DNA from: Antechinus flavipes
Taxonomy: Eukaryota
Length of the DNA: 64,000 bases
Reading direction: 5' to 3'
Assembly: GCF_016432865.1 (NCBI RefSeq)
Contig: NC_067400.1
Location: forward strand, 532,580,001 to 532,644,000
The notes below the pieces were generated by a model that saw only the letters and a list, made by a program, of their open reading frames with translations, ran no database searches and had not been told where the DNA came from. The position numbers and the translations under genes are program-made. Positions 1-12,676 of the stretch are shown piece by piece (within the stretch, counting starts at the first letter, position 1; each line of letters opens with the position of its first letter).

Positions 1-939
1 TATTTGCTTCAAAAGGAAGTCTAGAATCAGACCTTAACCTACAAATATTTTTTTACTGAATCTCATTTTATTTCTTTGTTTCACCCTTTCTTCATTTCCT
101 TCTTCATTTCTTTTTTTTCTCCATTCTTCCCTCCTCCCTTTCTTCCTTTTTCTTTCTATCATCCATCAGGTCTAGACATACTATAGAAATCAACCAACAA
201 GAAAGTTACACCAATGAGACGTAGAACAGGACAGTAAACTACAAACTTTAATTAATCTTTCCCCTGATAGGAAGCATGGTCACTATGCTGAGGAGAGAGG
301 AAGCTTTATGGATATACAGATAAAAACTAAGATGTGAAAAGGAAAGTTGTTTACAGCATATAGAGTTATTAGGAGGTAAGAGCCTTCGAATTTTTGATCT
401 GGAAGGGAATGTTCCAATTCTTTCATGTTGCTTTAATTGTACATTGAACTAGTTTACAATTTCCTTCTCCAGCTTATTCTACAAATGATGAAACTGAGAG
501 AAACATAATTAAGATACTTGTCTGTGACTACATAGCTAGTATCTGAAGTTATGTTCTAATTCAGGTCTTTCTGACTTTAGACTCAATGCCTCACCTAGCT
601 ATTTAATTGTAAGTTTTTTTTTTTTAATCCAGTTGCTTCATTGTACAAAGGAGGACCTGGAGGTTTTGCGAGGGCAAATTACTTTGGGCTTAATTCACTT
701 TCTTGATTTCTCTAATGCTTTGGAAGAGGGCAAGCCTTGCTCTGTCCTATCTCTCATACCTCTAGACTTAGGATCACCTTCCTAATTCTTAAGTCCTTGG
801 CTTGATCTTTTCATGAAAGGAAGCAGCCATGTTCACTACCCTTCTGGCTCATCTCACTCTTTGGCATTATTCATTTTCTTACCAGGAGCCTGGGCCTCCC
901 TCTAACCTATTTCTCTTTTGCCTGGTTCTCCATCATGTT

Positions 940-1065
940 TACCTTTTTTTTTTTTGCTTAGAATATAAGCTTTTCAAGAGTAGAGCCTATCTTTACTTTA
1001 ATTTGTTTCTCTAGTGCTTATTCACAGGGCCTGGTATATAGGAAAACCTTTAGTAAATGTTTGAT
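940..1065 (+). mobile_element. L2 LINE 3' end
   Basis: tagaatataagcttttcaagagtagag...cagggcctggtatatagga...tagtaaatgtttg resembles the L2 3' terminus. Confidence 0.6.
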
Positions 1066-2589
1066 CTAGCTATTTAGGTAAGTAATGGCAGAGCCTGAAC
1101 AGGCTTCCATCCCAGTGGCCATTCCATTATATGACATGGCAAAGTTATATTATATTAGCTTTCCCATTTTGCTGGATTAACTGAATGATTTGCAGGCACC
1201 AGACAGGACATTGAATAACAAATTCATTAATACCAGGCAGGACATATGGACTGCTGGATGAGGTGGACAGGCAATCAAGAAGTAGAGTTGTTTCAAACAG
1301 GGCAGACCTAGCTCATTCCTTTTTTAAAAAATTCAACTTATGAACAAACTGCTGAATTCTTTTTTTCATTATATTGGGTCTGATTCACTAAGCTTCAAAT
1401 GGCTAATAATCTCATTCTTCACCATTTCTTTCTGCTTGAAAGAGCAATTAGTCTGTTAACACTGAGAATACATTGGAACAGGATCAACATACCTATTTTT
1501 TTCACAAGTCTGCTTCTCCCTACTTAACATAATTATGACATTTCTTTAATAAAAGAAACTAAAATTTTACAAGTCTCCTGATTTCTGTTTATATTTATCC
1601 TTTAATCGACTACAATTACATTAGGAGACAGGTTGATGATAACTTGTTTCAAGATTGCTTCAAGGGGACACTGAGTTAAACAAAATCAAATCAGTGAAAG
1701 GCATCACAATTGCAGGTGACAAATGTCAATGGAAAATATCAAGTTGCTATTCCTGCTGGTGCACTGGATCATGCCACACTTAAAAGTTCAAACAAACAGT
1801 CTTTTGATTTAAAGTGTAATCCAGGATCCCCAGGTCAAATCAGTTCCCAAGATAAATAAAAGTAATTCAGGAGAATAAAAGTCGGGGCAAGAAAGTTAAA
1901 AGCAGGCAGCATAGAGGTTCTATGGGATTTGGGGGGGCTTTCCATGAAGGTCCTAAAATGCATTTATATTATTCTTTCACCAAAGATTCCACAGTGTATT
2001 TCCACATTGATTTACTTTGGGGAAAAGTTAACCAAATCTGACCCAGCATTATACCAAACTTCCTTGATCACTACAGTGATTATTAGTGTTGGAGGTTCAT
2101 GTGGGTAAAAGATGAGGAGTCATTCCAGTTCTGCCAATATCCTTGAGGGCAGAGATAATGTCTGCATGTTCTTTGTATGTGCCCCCTTACACAGTGTTGG
2201 GGGTAATCTAGTAGCTACTCATATAAATTGCAAATAGATTGCTTGAGTAATTGAGTACAAGCAGAGGGAATAATTTGACATTATTTTTTTTAGAATTCTC
2301 TGTGGACCTCTACAGCAGCAAAATGAATGCAGCCTAAATGGATACCATCCTTTAGCTCTCTTTCTTTTTCAAAATGTATCCAGGTGAATGAACTTTCCTT
2401 ATGATCTGTCTCATTTTCCAGCACTGGTCATTAAAGGAGCCCAATTCTCAACTGGTAAATTTCTAATATACACATTAAAGAAAGTGGGTCAAGGCAGTTT
2501 TCAGTGGGCCAGTTCCATCATTATTATCATATCTCTCTTAGTCTCAAATTAAGTGATTCCAGCCATTAAAAGTACAATCCTCAGGATAA

Positions 2590-2790
2590 TGTTGTGGACT
2601 TGAGTTCAGAAAGACCTCTAGCCAAATCCTACCTATAGCATTATGTAACCTCCCTCTGCTCCAATTTCCTTAGCTGTAAAATGGAATTGATCATACCTGC
2701 CTCACATGATGGTTATGAGGCTTAACTGAGATAACAGTTATAAAACAGTCTGCAAACTTAAAAAAAACTATATGGATATCAGATTTTATT
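2590..2790 (+). mobile_element. MIR/CORE-SINE
   Basis: Core motif caatttccttagctgtaaaatggaattgat...atgaggcttaactgagataa. Confidence 0.65.
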
Positions 2791-3372
2791 TTTATTATCC
2801 CTCTAAGGACCCTTCTTCCTTTCCCCAAACTGACATGCTAATACAATCAGCTATTCTACTTGTGTGTTAGTCCTTTCTCAGCAGGAACCATTCTAGGTCT
2901 CTAACTTCAGCAAGTCAGAAGATTAGGTTCTAATCATTCTTATATAGCCTTTTACTGGCAATATGTGCAGAAATAAGCCCCAAAAGGAGAAAGTTACTTC
3001 TTTGCTTTAGACAATAAATTGATCAACAAAATCATTGGAGGAGGGGTAATCTGGAAAAATAAGGGCATAATCTAACAAGGAGAAATGTAAAGTCCCAGTG
3101 TAAAATATCAAAAAAAAAAATCAACTAAAAAGGAAAGGAGAAATCTAGCTTAATTAACTATTGTTGATGTGAAAAAAATATGGGAAGATTTCAGTTTGCT
3201 GTGAAGTCTGTATGGGCAAACAAGTTGATATAGAGCTGGGGGTGAAAGAGAAAAGGGAGAAAGTGAAAGACAATGACAGTAAAGAAATCAAATCTCAAAG
3301 CATTATTTTTTCCATTGGCAATTACAAAAGTAATATTTTCCCAATATTTGAAGACTACAGTGTACAAAAAGG

Positions 3373-3620
3373 ATATAACAGCTAGATGGTATAACAGAGA
3401 GGATGGTGGACTTGGACTGAGGAAGATCTGAGTTCAAATCCTACCTCAAACTCTTACTAGCAATGTAAAGTTGGATAAATCATTATCCACATTTGTAAAA
3501 TGGGGATAATAAAAGCTCTAAACTTAACAGGTTTTTTTTTTATGAAGATAAGGTGAAATGATATATGAGAAATATTCTGCAAACCTTAAAATGCTATGTA
3601 AGTGATAGCTATTATTATTG
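3373..3620 (+). mobile_element. MIR/CORE-SINE, near full length
   Basis: tRNA-like head gagttcaaatcc, core tttgtaaaatggggataat, and tail. Confidence 0.7.
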
Positions 3621-5660
3621 AACATAATTTAATTGTCCAAAATAAAATGAGTGGATGGCAGATTTCAACTCTTTAAAAAATAAAAAGGAAATAAAAAATT
3701 AAAGTTGTCGAAAAAAAAAAGAATAGGCTACCTCATGAGATTCTCCATCACTTGAATATATTAAATGAAGGCTTCAAAACTAATTGTAAAATCTTCATTT
3801 TGCAGGTGAAGAAAGATGCAAAGGTTAAGTGACTTTCCTAAGATCAGATAGTAAATATCTTATGCTGGATTTGAACATATAAAGCAAGGGATTAGATTAC
3901 ATGACTTTTAATTCTTTATCTACCTCTATGTTTCTTTTGCTCAGTTCAACCTGGGTTTTCTAGATGGTTATAAGTAGATGCTATCAAAGTGAAAGAAAGA
4001 TGGTTTGGGAGTCACATACTAGCTCTTGTCATTACCACCTGTTTCACTCCTAGATTATTTCTTCTTCAGCTGAGGAGATTGCCCTAGATGACCTCTGAGG
4101 TCCTTTCTAGCCTTCATTCATTGATCCCATGATCTAATCTCAAAGGAACAACTCCTTCAAGGAAGCAGCAGCCCATGCCTCACTATCTAGCTGCATTCAG
4201 TTACAAAATGGACAGCAATTTGAACTAATGCATTACAAGTATAGAGATCGCCCTTCATATGTTTCTGTTTCCCCATGTTTCTGTTTTCCCACTTCCCTTC
4301 AGCTTCTATGTGAACTTTTCAAAATGAAAAATTCACAACATCAAAGCTCCGGAGGAAGCTTACCCTCCTCTTTGGCCAAAATAAAAATCCAGTTTCTACA
4401 ATAAATGAGATCATAGCAACACTACTCATACTGCTATAGATAAAGACCTGTCAGCATTTTCATTATAAAACCTTTTTCCTGGAGTTCACAGACCAACAGT
4501 AGCAATTTGCTGGGAGCATAACTCCTCCAACACGCACAGCTCAGAAATGAAGAAAAAATGTTTTCATTTAACAAAACCTCAAGATAGCTTCCTTGGGAAT
4601 TATGCAAGCATTAGTATTCCAAAGAGACAATTTTTCCCCTACATGGTTATTGGGTCCTTTTAAGGGAGGAAAAAAAGAGTTTGACAAAAATATGGTTTAC
4701 TATTATTCAAAACTAACTTTTTAAGGAAGCAAGCACAAAAATGGGGAAATGGTTATCAAATAGAATATGACAGAACATGAATTACCTCTGATGATAACAA
4801 TAACGACCATCCATCCATGGTAGTATCTTCTGCCACCAAGATGTGCCTTGTGCTTAAGAGCACTCTTATAATTCTCTATTATGAAATAGTATTTTAAAAT
4901 AAGAAAACTGATGCTAATGACTTGCTCAGAGTCATGTGACAAAGTTCAGCATTCTCCTGGTATGAGAGGAGAAGGTCTCTGACTCTGACTATTGCTTCTC
5001 AGCACAATTAGAAATAGAAGAGGCAGCACAGTACAGAGAACAGTGCTGAACTACAAATCTGCAAATCTGGGATTGGGATCCCAGCTCTGACACTTCCTAG
5101 CTTTAGTCAAACTATTTCTTCCTCATCCATAAAATGAAAGGAAATAGCTCAATGATGCCTAAACTAATTTCCAGCTCTAATACTCTATGGTTGTATAATG
5201 TGGTAATTCATCCTTCTTGCCACTTATAGAATGTGTCACTCAGCTTCTCCCCATAACTGACTGGTCAGTCTCACCATCTCTGCAGTACAGAGGACTTGCC
5301 AGATATATTCTCTAGCTCCACTGGGGAATGCCAAGGACACAGCCCTGCTTTGGATCTGAACAGAACTGCCTATTGGCATCCAATGGCATAAGAGAGATTT
5401 TTCTATTCTCCCAACAAAAAACACCAGAATTGATCCAGGAGCCCCACCTTAATTCACACAACATAATCTACCCTGACCCAAATAATGGTAGTAATAATAG
5501 CAATAGTAAGGAGAGAAAGCATGTTGTGGAGTATAGAAAATTGTTGTTGAAGGCATGAAAACATGAGTTTAAGTCCCACTTCTGACACATACTCCTTGTC
5601 TAACTGAGCAAATCACACAATCTCTCAATGACATGGGAAGAAGTCTAAGACTATAATTTT

Positions 5661-5750
5661 CTTTCTTTCTTTCTTTTCTTTTCTTTTTTTGCAGAGGCAA
5701 TTGGAGTTAAGTGACTTGCCCAGGGTCACACAGCCAGGAAATGTTAAGTA
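5661..5750 (-). mobile_element. 5'-truncated WSINE1-like SINE with 15-bp TSD
   Basis: T/C-rich tail plus gaggcaattggagttaagtgacttgcccagggtcacacagc; flanks taagactataatttt (5646-5660) and taagattataatttt (5751-5765). Confidence 0.75.
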
Positions 5751-6419
5751 TAAGATTATAATTTTCAATGAAAGTATCTTTCAGCATTAACCAAGGGGAA
5801 TAGGAAAGAGGAAAAAAAGAAGAAAAGGTATTTATTAGAAGGAGGCCAGAATGCCATGGAAGAAGCTTAAAAATTCAGAAGCAGGTTGATCTGGGATGTA
5901 AGCAGTCTTATAGACAGAAAAAATTGCCAGAGCAAAAAGGCTAATAGTGAGAAGGTAAAGTTTAAAAATTAAGTTGAGCAAGAAGTGTTAATAGCAATAA
6001 TAGGTACCATTGATGTAATATTTCAATGTTTGCAGAGCACTTTACATCTATTACCTTATTTGATCCTCACAAAAATCCTGTGAAGTCTGTTCTATTAGCA
6101 TCCTGATTTTAAGATTTTGAAACAATTCAAGTGATTCACCCAAAGTCACACAGCTGTTAAGTATCCAATGATTTTTTTTTACTTCATCTTCTTAACTCCA
6201 AGGTCAATTGTCTATCTATTATGCTTCATTGCCTCCCTTTAATAACCCAAATCAAATATGATTACATCTTTTCTGGTATTTCCAGTGAGAAATAATCTTG
6301 ATTTTTCCAAAGTAACCTCATATGATCCTTTTTATATCTCTTGTAAAGTTATTGTACTATATTAGTAAGTATGGCATATATTTTAATGATAATTTTTATA
6401 ATAACTTTTTATTTTTCCA

Positions 6420-7016
6420 AATATATAGAAATATAGTTTTCAACATTCACCTTTGCAAAACCTTGTGTCCAAATTTTTCTTTTTCTTTTTTTTGTGATAT
6501 GACTCTTTTTTATTAGAGATTTTTATTTACAAGATATATGCATGAGTAATTTTACAGCATTGACAATTGCTAAAACTTCTGTTCCAACTTTTCTCCTCCT
6601 TCCCCTCACCCCTTCCCCCAGTTGGCAGGTACACCAACACATGTTAAATATGCTAAAGTATATGTTAAATACAATATATGTGTACATATCCATATAGTTA
6701 TTTTGCTGCACAAGAAAAATCAGTGTCTCCAAATTTTTCTCCCTCCTTCTGCTACTGCCCCCTCTCCCAGATAGGAAGTACTACACTATAGGTTAAACAT
6801 CTGCAATTCTTCTAAACATATTTCCACATTTGTTGTGCTGTACAAAGAAAAATCAGATCAAAAAAGAAAAATAAATGAGAAAGTGGAAAAAACAAGCAAA
6901 CAAACAACAATGCCACCAAAAAAGGTGAAGATACGATCCTTTGATTCACACTCAATCTCCATAGTCCTTTCTCTGGATGTAGATGGCTCTTTCCATCACA
7001 AATCTATTAGAATTGA
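6420..7016 (-). mobile_element. Older L1 3' UTR, left part (interrupted by two later L1 insertions)
   Basis: Reverse complement of marsupial L1 3' UTR; continues at 8184. Confidence 0.75.
6481..6727 (-). mobile_element. Short L1 3' end nested in the older L1
   Basis: T-rich tail at left; 13-bp direct repeat tccaaatttttct at 6468-6480 and 6728-6740. Confidence 0.65.
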
Positions 7017-8175
7017 CTTACATCGATTAGAAGGGAAGCAATAAACTGGGAAAACATTTTTATGGTCAAAGGTTCTGATAAAAGCTTCATTTCCAAAATA
7101 TATAGAGAATTGACTCTTAATTTATAAGAAATCAAGCCATTCTCCAATTGATAAATGGTCAAAGGATATGAACAGATAATTCTCAGACAAAGAAATTGAA
7201 ACTATTTCTACCCATATGAAAAGGTGCTCCAAGTCATTATTAATCAGAGAAATGAAAATTAAGACAACTCTGAGATACCACTACAGACCTGTCAGATTGG
7301 CTAGAATGACAGGGAAAGATAAGGCAGAATGTTGAAGGGAATGTGGAAAAACAGGGACACTGAAACATTGTTGGTGGAATTGTGAATACATCCAGCCATT
7401 CTGGAGAGCAATTTGGAACTACGCTGAAAAAGTTATCAAACTGTGCATACTCTTTGATCCAGCAGTGTTTCTACTGGGCTTATATCCCAAAGAGATATAA
7501 AGAAGGGAAAGGGACTTGTATGTGCACGAATGTTTGTGTATGTGCAGGTCTCTTTGTAGTGGCCAGAAACTGGAAACTGAGTGGATGCCCATCAATTGGA
7601 GAATGGCTGAATAAATTGTGGGATATGAATATTATGGAATATTATTGTTTGGTAAGAAATGACCAACAAGAGGATTTCAGAAAGGCATGAAGAGACTTGC
7701 ATGAGCTGATGTTGAATGAAATGAGCAGGACCAGGAGATCATTATATACTTCAACAACAATACTATATGATGATCAATTCTGATGGACGTGGCCCTCTTC
7801 AGTAATGAGATGAACCAAATCAGCTCCAATAGAGCAGTAATGAACTGAACCAGCTACACCCAGGGAAAGAACTCTGGGATGACTATGAATCATTTCATAG
7901 AATTCCCAATCCCTCTATTTTTGTCTGCCTGCATTTTCGATTTCATTCACAGGCAAATAGTAAACTATTTCAAACTCCGATTCTTTTTGTACAGCAAAAT
8001 AACTATCAGGACATATATGCTTTAACATACTTAACATATATTGCTCAACCTTCCATCGGGGGGAGGGAATGGTGGAGGAGGAGAGGAAAAATTAGAACAA
8101 AAGATTTGGCAATTGTCAATGCTATAAAATTACCCATGCATATAACTTGTAAATAAAAAGTATAATTAAAAAAAA
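7017..8175 (+). mobile_element. 5'-truncated L1 (ORF2 C terminus, 3' UTR, A-tail) nested in the older minus-strand L1
   Basis: ORF2-type coding remnants (ARNWKLSGCPSIGEWLNKLW), AATAAA plus A-tail, 8-bp repeat agaattga at 7009-7016 and 8176-8183. Confidence 0.85.
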
Positions 8176-8183
8176 AGAATTGA

Positions 8184-8810
8184 ATCACTTTGTTGTTGAA
8201 GAGTCATGTCCATTGCAATTGATCATCACATACTCTTGCTGTTGCTGTGTACAATGTTCTCCTGGTTCTGCTTGCTTCACTTAGTATCACTTCTTTTAAG
8301 TCTCTCCAAGATTCTCTGAAATCATCCTGTTGATGGTTTCTTATAAAGTAATAATATTCCATAATATTCATATGCCATAACTTATTCAGCCATTCTCCAA
8401 CTGTTGGGCATCCACTCTATTGCCAATACAAAAAGGACTGCTACAAACATTTTTGCACATATGTGTCCTTTTCCCTCTTTTATGATTTCTTTGGAATACA
8501 AATCTAGTAGAGACACTGCTGGATCAAAGGATATACACAGCTTTATTGCCTTTGGGCATAGTTACAAATTGCTTTCTAGAATGGTTGGATCAGTTTACAA
8601 CTTCACCAATAATGTATTAATATCCCAGTTTATCTACATACCCTACAACATTTATTATTATCTTTTCCTGTCATTTTAGCCAATTTGAGAGATGTGAAGT
8701 GGTACTTCTGAGTTGTCTTAATTTGTGTATTTCTCTAATCAATAGTGATTTAGAGCATCTTGTCATATAAAATGAAATGGCTTATTTCTTTATCTGAAAA
8801 CTGTCTGTTC
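8184..8810 (-). mobile_element. Older L1, right part (ORF2 3' region)
   Basis: Reverse complement matches the same ORF2 region seen in plus-strand copies. Confidence 0.8.
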
Positions 8811-9648
8811 ATATCTTTTTACTTTAATGGTCATTTTTGTCCCTATCCATGCTTAGCATAACATCTGGTATGATGTAGTAGATAATGCTGGAATTTAGAC
8901 ATTCAACTTCAAGTGTTACCCCTTGGTAACAATTGAGGAAGACCCTGAACATCTTTGAACTTTCATTTATATTATTTGTAAAGTAGGAATAATAATATCA
9001 GAATCTCACAGGTTTGTGGTCAAATATAGAGTATAGAAAAGTGTTTTGCAACATTTAAAGCTCTATATAAATGTCAAAACATCATAAATGGTTATTGAAT
9101 GAATGAATGAATGAGGAGACAAGTATACTGAGTATTTCTTTCTATCACTTTTTAATAAACTGCTTACTCCTCCTCTAATAGAGATAAAGAATCTTTAGGC
9201 TTTGCAGAAATTATTTTGCAAATCTGGCCCAGATCCTCAACTTAAATCCTAAACAAAAACATGTCATTATTCATTGAAAGAAGGATAGTATTTTATATTC
9301 AAAAGAGAGCTGAATTTGCATTCAGCAAAGTTGAGATAAAATCATGGCTCTACCACTTACTCTATAGCTTGCTGACCATGGGGAGGATATGGAACCTCTT
9401 TGGGGCTCAATTTTATCATCTATAAAAAAAGGGGAAATGAGCGAGTTGACAGAATAGAGGTCTAGATCTGAAGAAAGGAAGACCAGAATTCAAATCTGAC
9501 CTTTGATAGTTATCAACTGTGATCTTTGACAGATCACGCAACTTCTGTATTCCTCAATTTCCTCAATTATAAAATGGGGCTAATATAAGTGCCTACTTCT
9601 CTTTGTTCTTCTAAGGATCAAATGAGATAATGTGTGCAAATGCCTACA

Positions 9649-9936
9649 NNNNNNNNNNNNNNNNNNNNNNNNNNNNNNNNNNNNNNNNNNNNNNNNNNNN
9701 NNNNNNNNNNNNNNNNNNNNNNNNNNNNNNNNNNNNNNNNNNNNNNNNNNNNNNNNNNNNNNNNNNNNNNNNNNNNNNNNNNNNNNNNNNNNNNNNNNNN
9801 NNNNNNNNNNNNNNNNNNNNNNNNNNNNNNNNNNNNNNNNNNNNNNNNNNNNNNNNNNNNNNNNNNNNNNNNNNNNNNNNNNNNNNNNNNNNNNNNNNNN
9901 NNNNNNNNNNNNNNNNNNNNNNNNNNNNNNNNNNNN
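9649..9936. other. Assembly gap (288 N)
   Basis: N run. Confidence 1.
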
Positions 9937-11179
9937 TTCTAGTTCCCATAATAACTTTTTAGACAAAAGATTGCTTTATTTGCTTATACTTGTATCTCCA
10001 GTACTTGACAAAGTCCCTGATATAGAGTTAGTGCTTAATAAATGCCCATTCATTAATCATTAGGTGGTTTTGCTTAAACATTTTTTGGGAATTGTCCACT
10101 GTGGGGGTGGAGTTCTTTGAGTGTTTCTTGGGAAGTATATGTTGCACCAAAGCAAAATGTATCACATCTTTAAAAAGAAGGAAATTATAGATTACAACTG
10201 AATACAAAAATGGGAATTATTGCTATTATCATCTTCTTCACCCACCCCCACCCACAGAGTCAAGCATAATGCTGAGCACATAATAGGTACTAATTAATTA
10301 ATATGTGAGGTACAAATAGGTACTTGGCAAAATTGCAGTATGTTTGGAGGTATTACTCTGGAATAAAATTGAGAAACTTAGTCACCGGAAAATCAGCCAA
10401 TTAACATTTTAGTATCTATTGGGTGCACAAACCCATTATTAGGCTAAATCAAAATTAACATATTGCATTCAATCTTGTTCTTAGGCAAAATACACATTTA
10501 TGTTATCATAAATCCCTAATTAATTTAATGTAAAATATGGATGCTAGACTAGTTCATATTCTTATGACCTATAATATATAAATGGAATTTCTCAATAGCA
10601 GTCATCAAACAAAATAATTTAAACTGCCTCTCAGATCTGAAAAAACTGCAATAAAGATAATGCAATAAATGACTGTCAAAAGTTAATGGTCATTGTTTTA
10701 TTTTTCTCTTTTAAAAATGTAAGAATGTTTCATTTTGGTGTCCACATTTACATTCCCCAAAAACTACTTTCTTTGTGAGACAACTGGGAGCCATCACTTT
10801 GAAGAATGCTTTCATTCATCCTGATTCAGTCATTTGAACTAGCATGTAAAGATATGGCAACATAATCAATTCTCTACTAGGGCACCCAGATATATAATAT
10901 GACCTAGCACATTTTTTTAGATAAGCATCAATGAAAATTCCATTAATGTCATAATTAATGCCTCATCAATGCAACATCAAGAAGTACAGGCTGTGATTTA
11001 TTATGGAGTTAGGCCACGACCTTTGAAAAAACACTAATAAAGAGGAGCTTAGCACAGTGCCTCTCATACTGCTTAATAAATGTTTATTGATCAATTTATT
11101 CCCCAAGGTAAGGAAATTTGATTATATTATAAAATGCATTATCTCCCATTCTTGAATAAATTATGGAAATGCGTACATT

Positions 11180-11640
11180 TCAATTCATTTAAAATATATT
11201 AAGTGCCTACTATGTGCAAGATACTGTGCTATGAGTTGAAGATGAAGATAAAGATGAAGATAAAGGACAAAATTGTCCTTGCCCTAAGGAATTGACATTT
11301 TACTGGGAGTGGAATTGACATGTATAAAGGTAGAGTAGGTACAAAACAATTTTAAAGAGAGGGCACATTAAAACTAAGTTCAACTGGAAAAGCCTCCTGT
11401 AAAATCTTTGCTTTGGAGGTTTCTAGCAATTCTGAATCAGAGATGAGAAAAAAATTATATTCCATACATGGGGGAATAACTTATTTGTGTAGAATGAACT
11501 AGAGAGAAGAGACACTGGATGTAGGGGGTCTTATTAAAATGCTTTTGGCATAGTTCAGACAAAAGGTGGTGAAAGCTGAATTAAGTAAGAGAAGGAACAG
11601 ACACAAGAGAAGTTGTGGAAGTCAGAAAATATTTATGAAG
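11180..11640 (-). mobile_element. L2 LINE fragment
   Basis: attaagtgcctactatgtgcaagatactgtgct...gccctaaggaattgacatttt matches the reverse complement of the L2 3' region. Confidence 0.6.
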
Positions 11641-11754
11641 GAATAACATTGGGGAAAAGGTGAACAAGATGGTTTTTAATCTCAAGAAGATAACATATAG
11701 TACATAGATAACCACAATACCAAAAAAGTATAAGTGCTAAGGAGAAGTCTAAAC

Positions 11755-11919
11755 CAGGGTTTCTTAAATGTTTTTCACTCAGGACCCCTTTTTGCCCAAG
11801 AAATTTTTACATAACCCAGGATATGTAGGTATATAAAATGAGTATATAAAACAATCATTTTCTGATAATAAATCATAATTTAGTGACCACCACATTCAGT
11901 TACAAGTTTAAGAAGCTTG
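11755..11919. mobile_element. hAT-Charlie-type MITE, 165 bp, perfect 8-bp TSD
   Basis: TIRs cagggtttcttaaa / tttaagaagcttg; GTCTAAAC at 11747-11754 and 11920-11927 (Charlie NTCTAGAN-like target). Confidence 0.8.
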
Positions 11920-12425
11920 GTCTAAACAATGTGCAATAAGAGAAATACAGAGGGTTAGATCAATTCTAGGACTGGATATTCTGAAAGACTGAAAGTTCTG
12001 AAATTTTTGGAAAGCTAATATGGGACCTTATAGGAAATGAAAGGTTTTATACAGGTAGAGATGGGCAGGGAGACCATTATAGGATCATATAATCTAAGAC
12101 ACACATGGAGGGGAGGATGAAAACAGAGCAGTTTGACTGGACCAAGGAATTCATGGAGGAAGAAGTTAGAGGAGCAACAAAAAGATGAGGTCATATTGTG
12201 AAGCAGCTTGAATGCTTATTGACTGTTTTTTTTTTGTTTGTTTGTTTTTTGTTTTTTTTTTCTGGCAGGCAAAGGGCAGAAGTGACCATAGTTATAGATT
12301 CTCAGTTCTTTTATTCCCAAACACCTACACAGCTGAATTACTTAATGCATAATCCACATTATATGCTCAAGACATTCTCGTTATAAAGATTTAAATCAAA
12401 TATTTTCAAAGTCAAGTTGTTAAAA

Positions 12426-12555
12426 NNNNNNNNNNNNNNNNNNNNNNNNNNNNNNNNNNNNNNNNNNNNNNNNNNNNNNNNNNNNNNNNNNNNNNNNNNN
12501 NNNNNNNNNNNNNNNNNNNNNNNNNNNNNNNNNNNNNNNNNNNNNNNNNNNNNNN
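12426..12555. other. Assembly gap (130 N)
   Basis: N run. Confidence 1.
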
Positions 12556-12676
12556 ATTAAGTAACTTGCCTAGGGTCATACAGCTAGGAAGTGTTAAGTG
12601 CCTGAGGTCAAATTTGAACTCAGGTCCTCCTGACTTCAGGACTGGTATTCTATCCACTGCACCACCTAGCTTCCCC
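12556..12676 (-). mobile_element. WSINE1-like SINE (tail in gap)
   Basis: Reverse complement of ggggaagctaggtggtgcagtggatagaataccagtcctgaagtcaggaggacctgagttc. Confidence 0.8.

Noticed and set aside
4364-4395. Possible 32-nt minus-strand exon (ttgtag|...gagg|GTAAGC) in a repeat-free block
   Set aside because: Weak acceptor, frame-shifting length, no known DLG2 peptide; splice-like matches are expected by chance.
9580-10063. Long ORFs spanning N runs (also 12412, 45414, 45779)
   Set aside because: Artefacts of assembly gaps.
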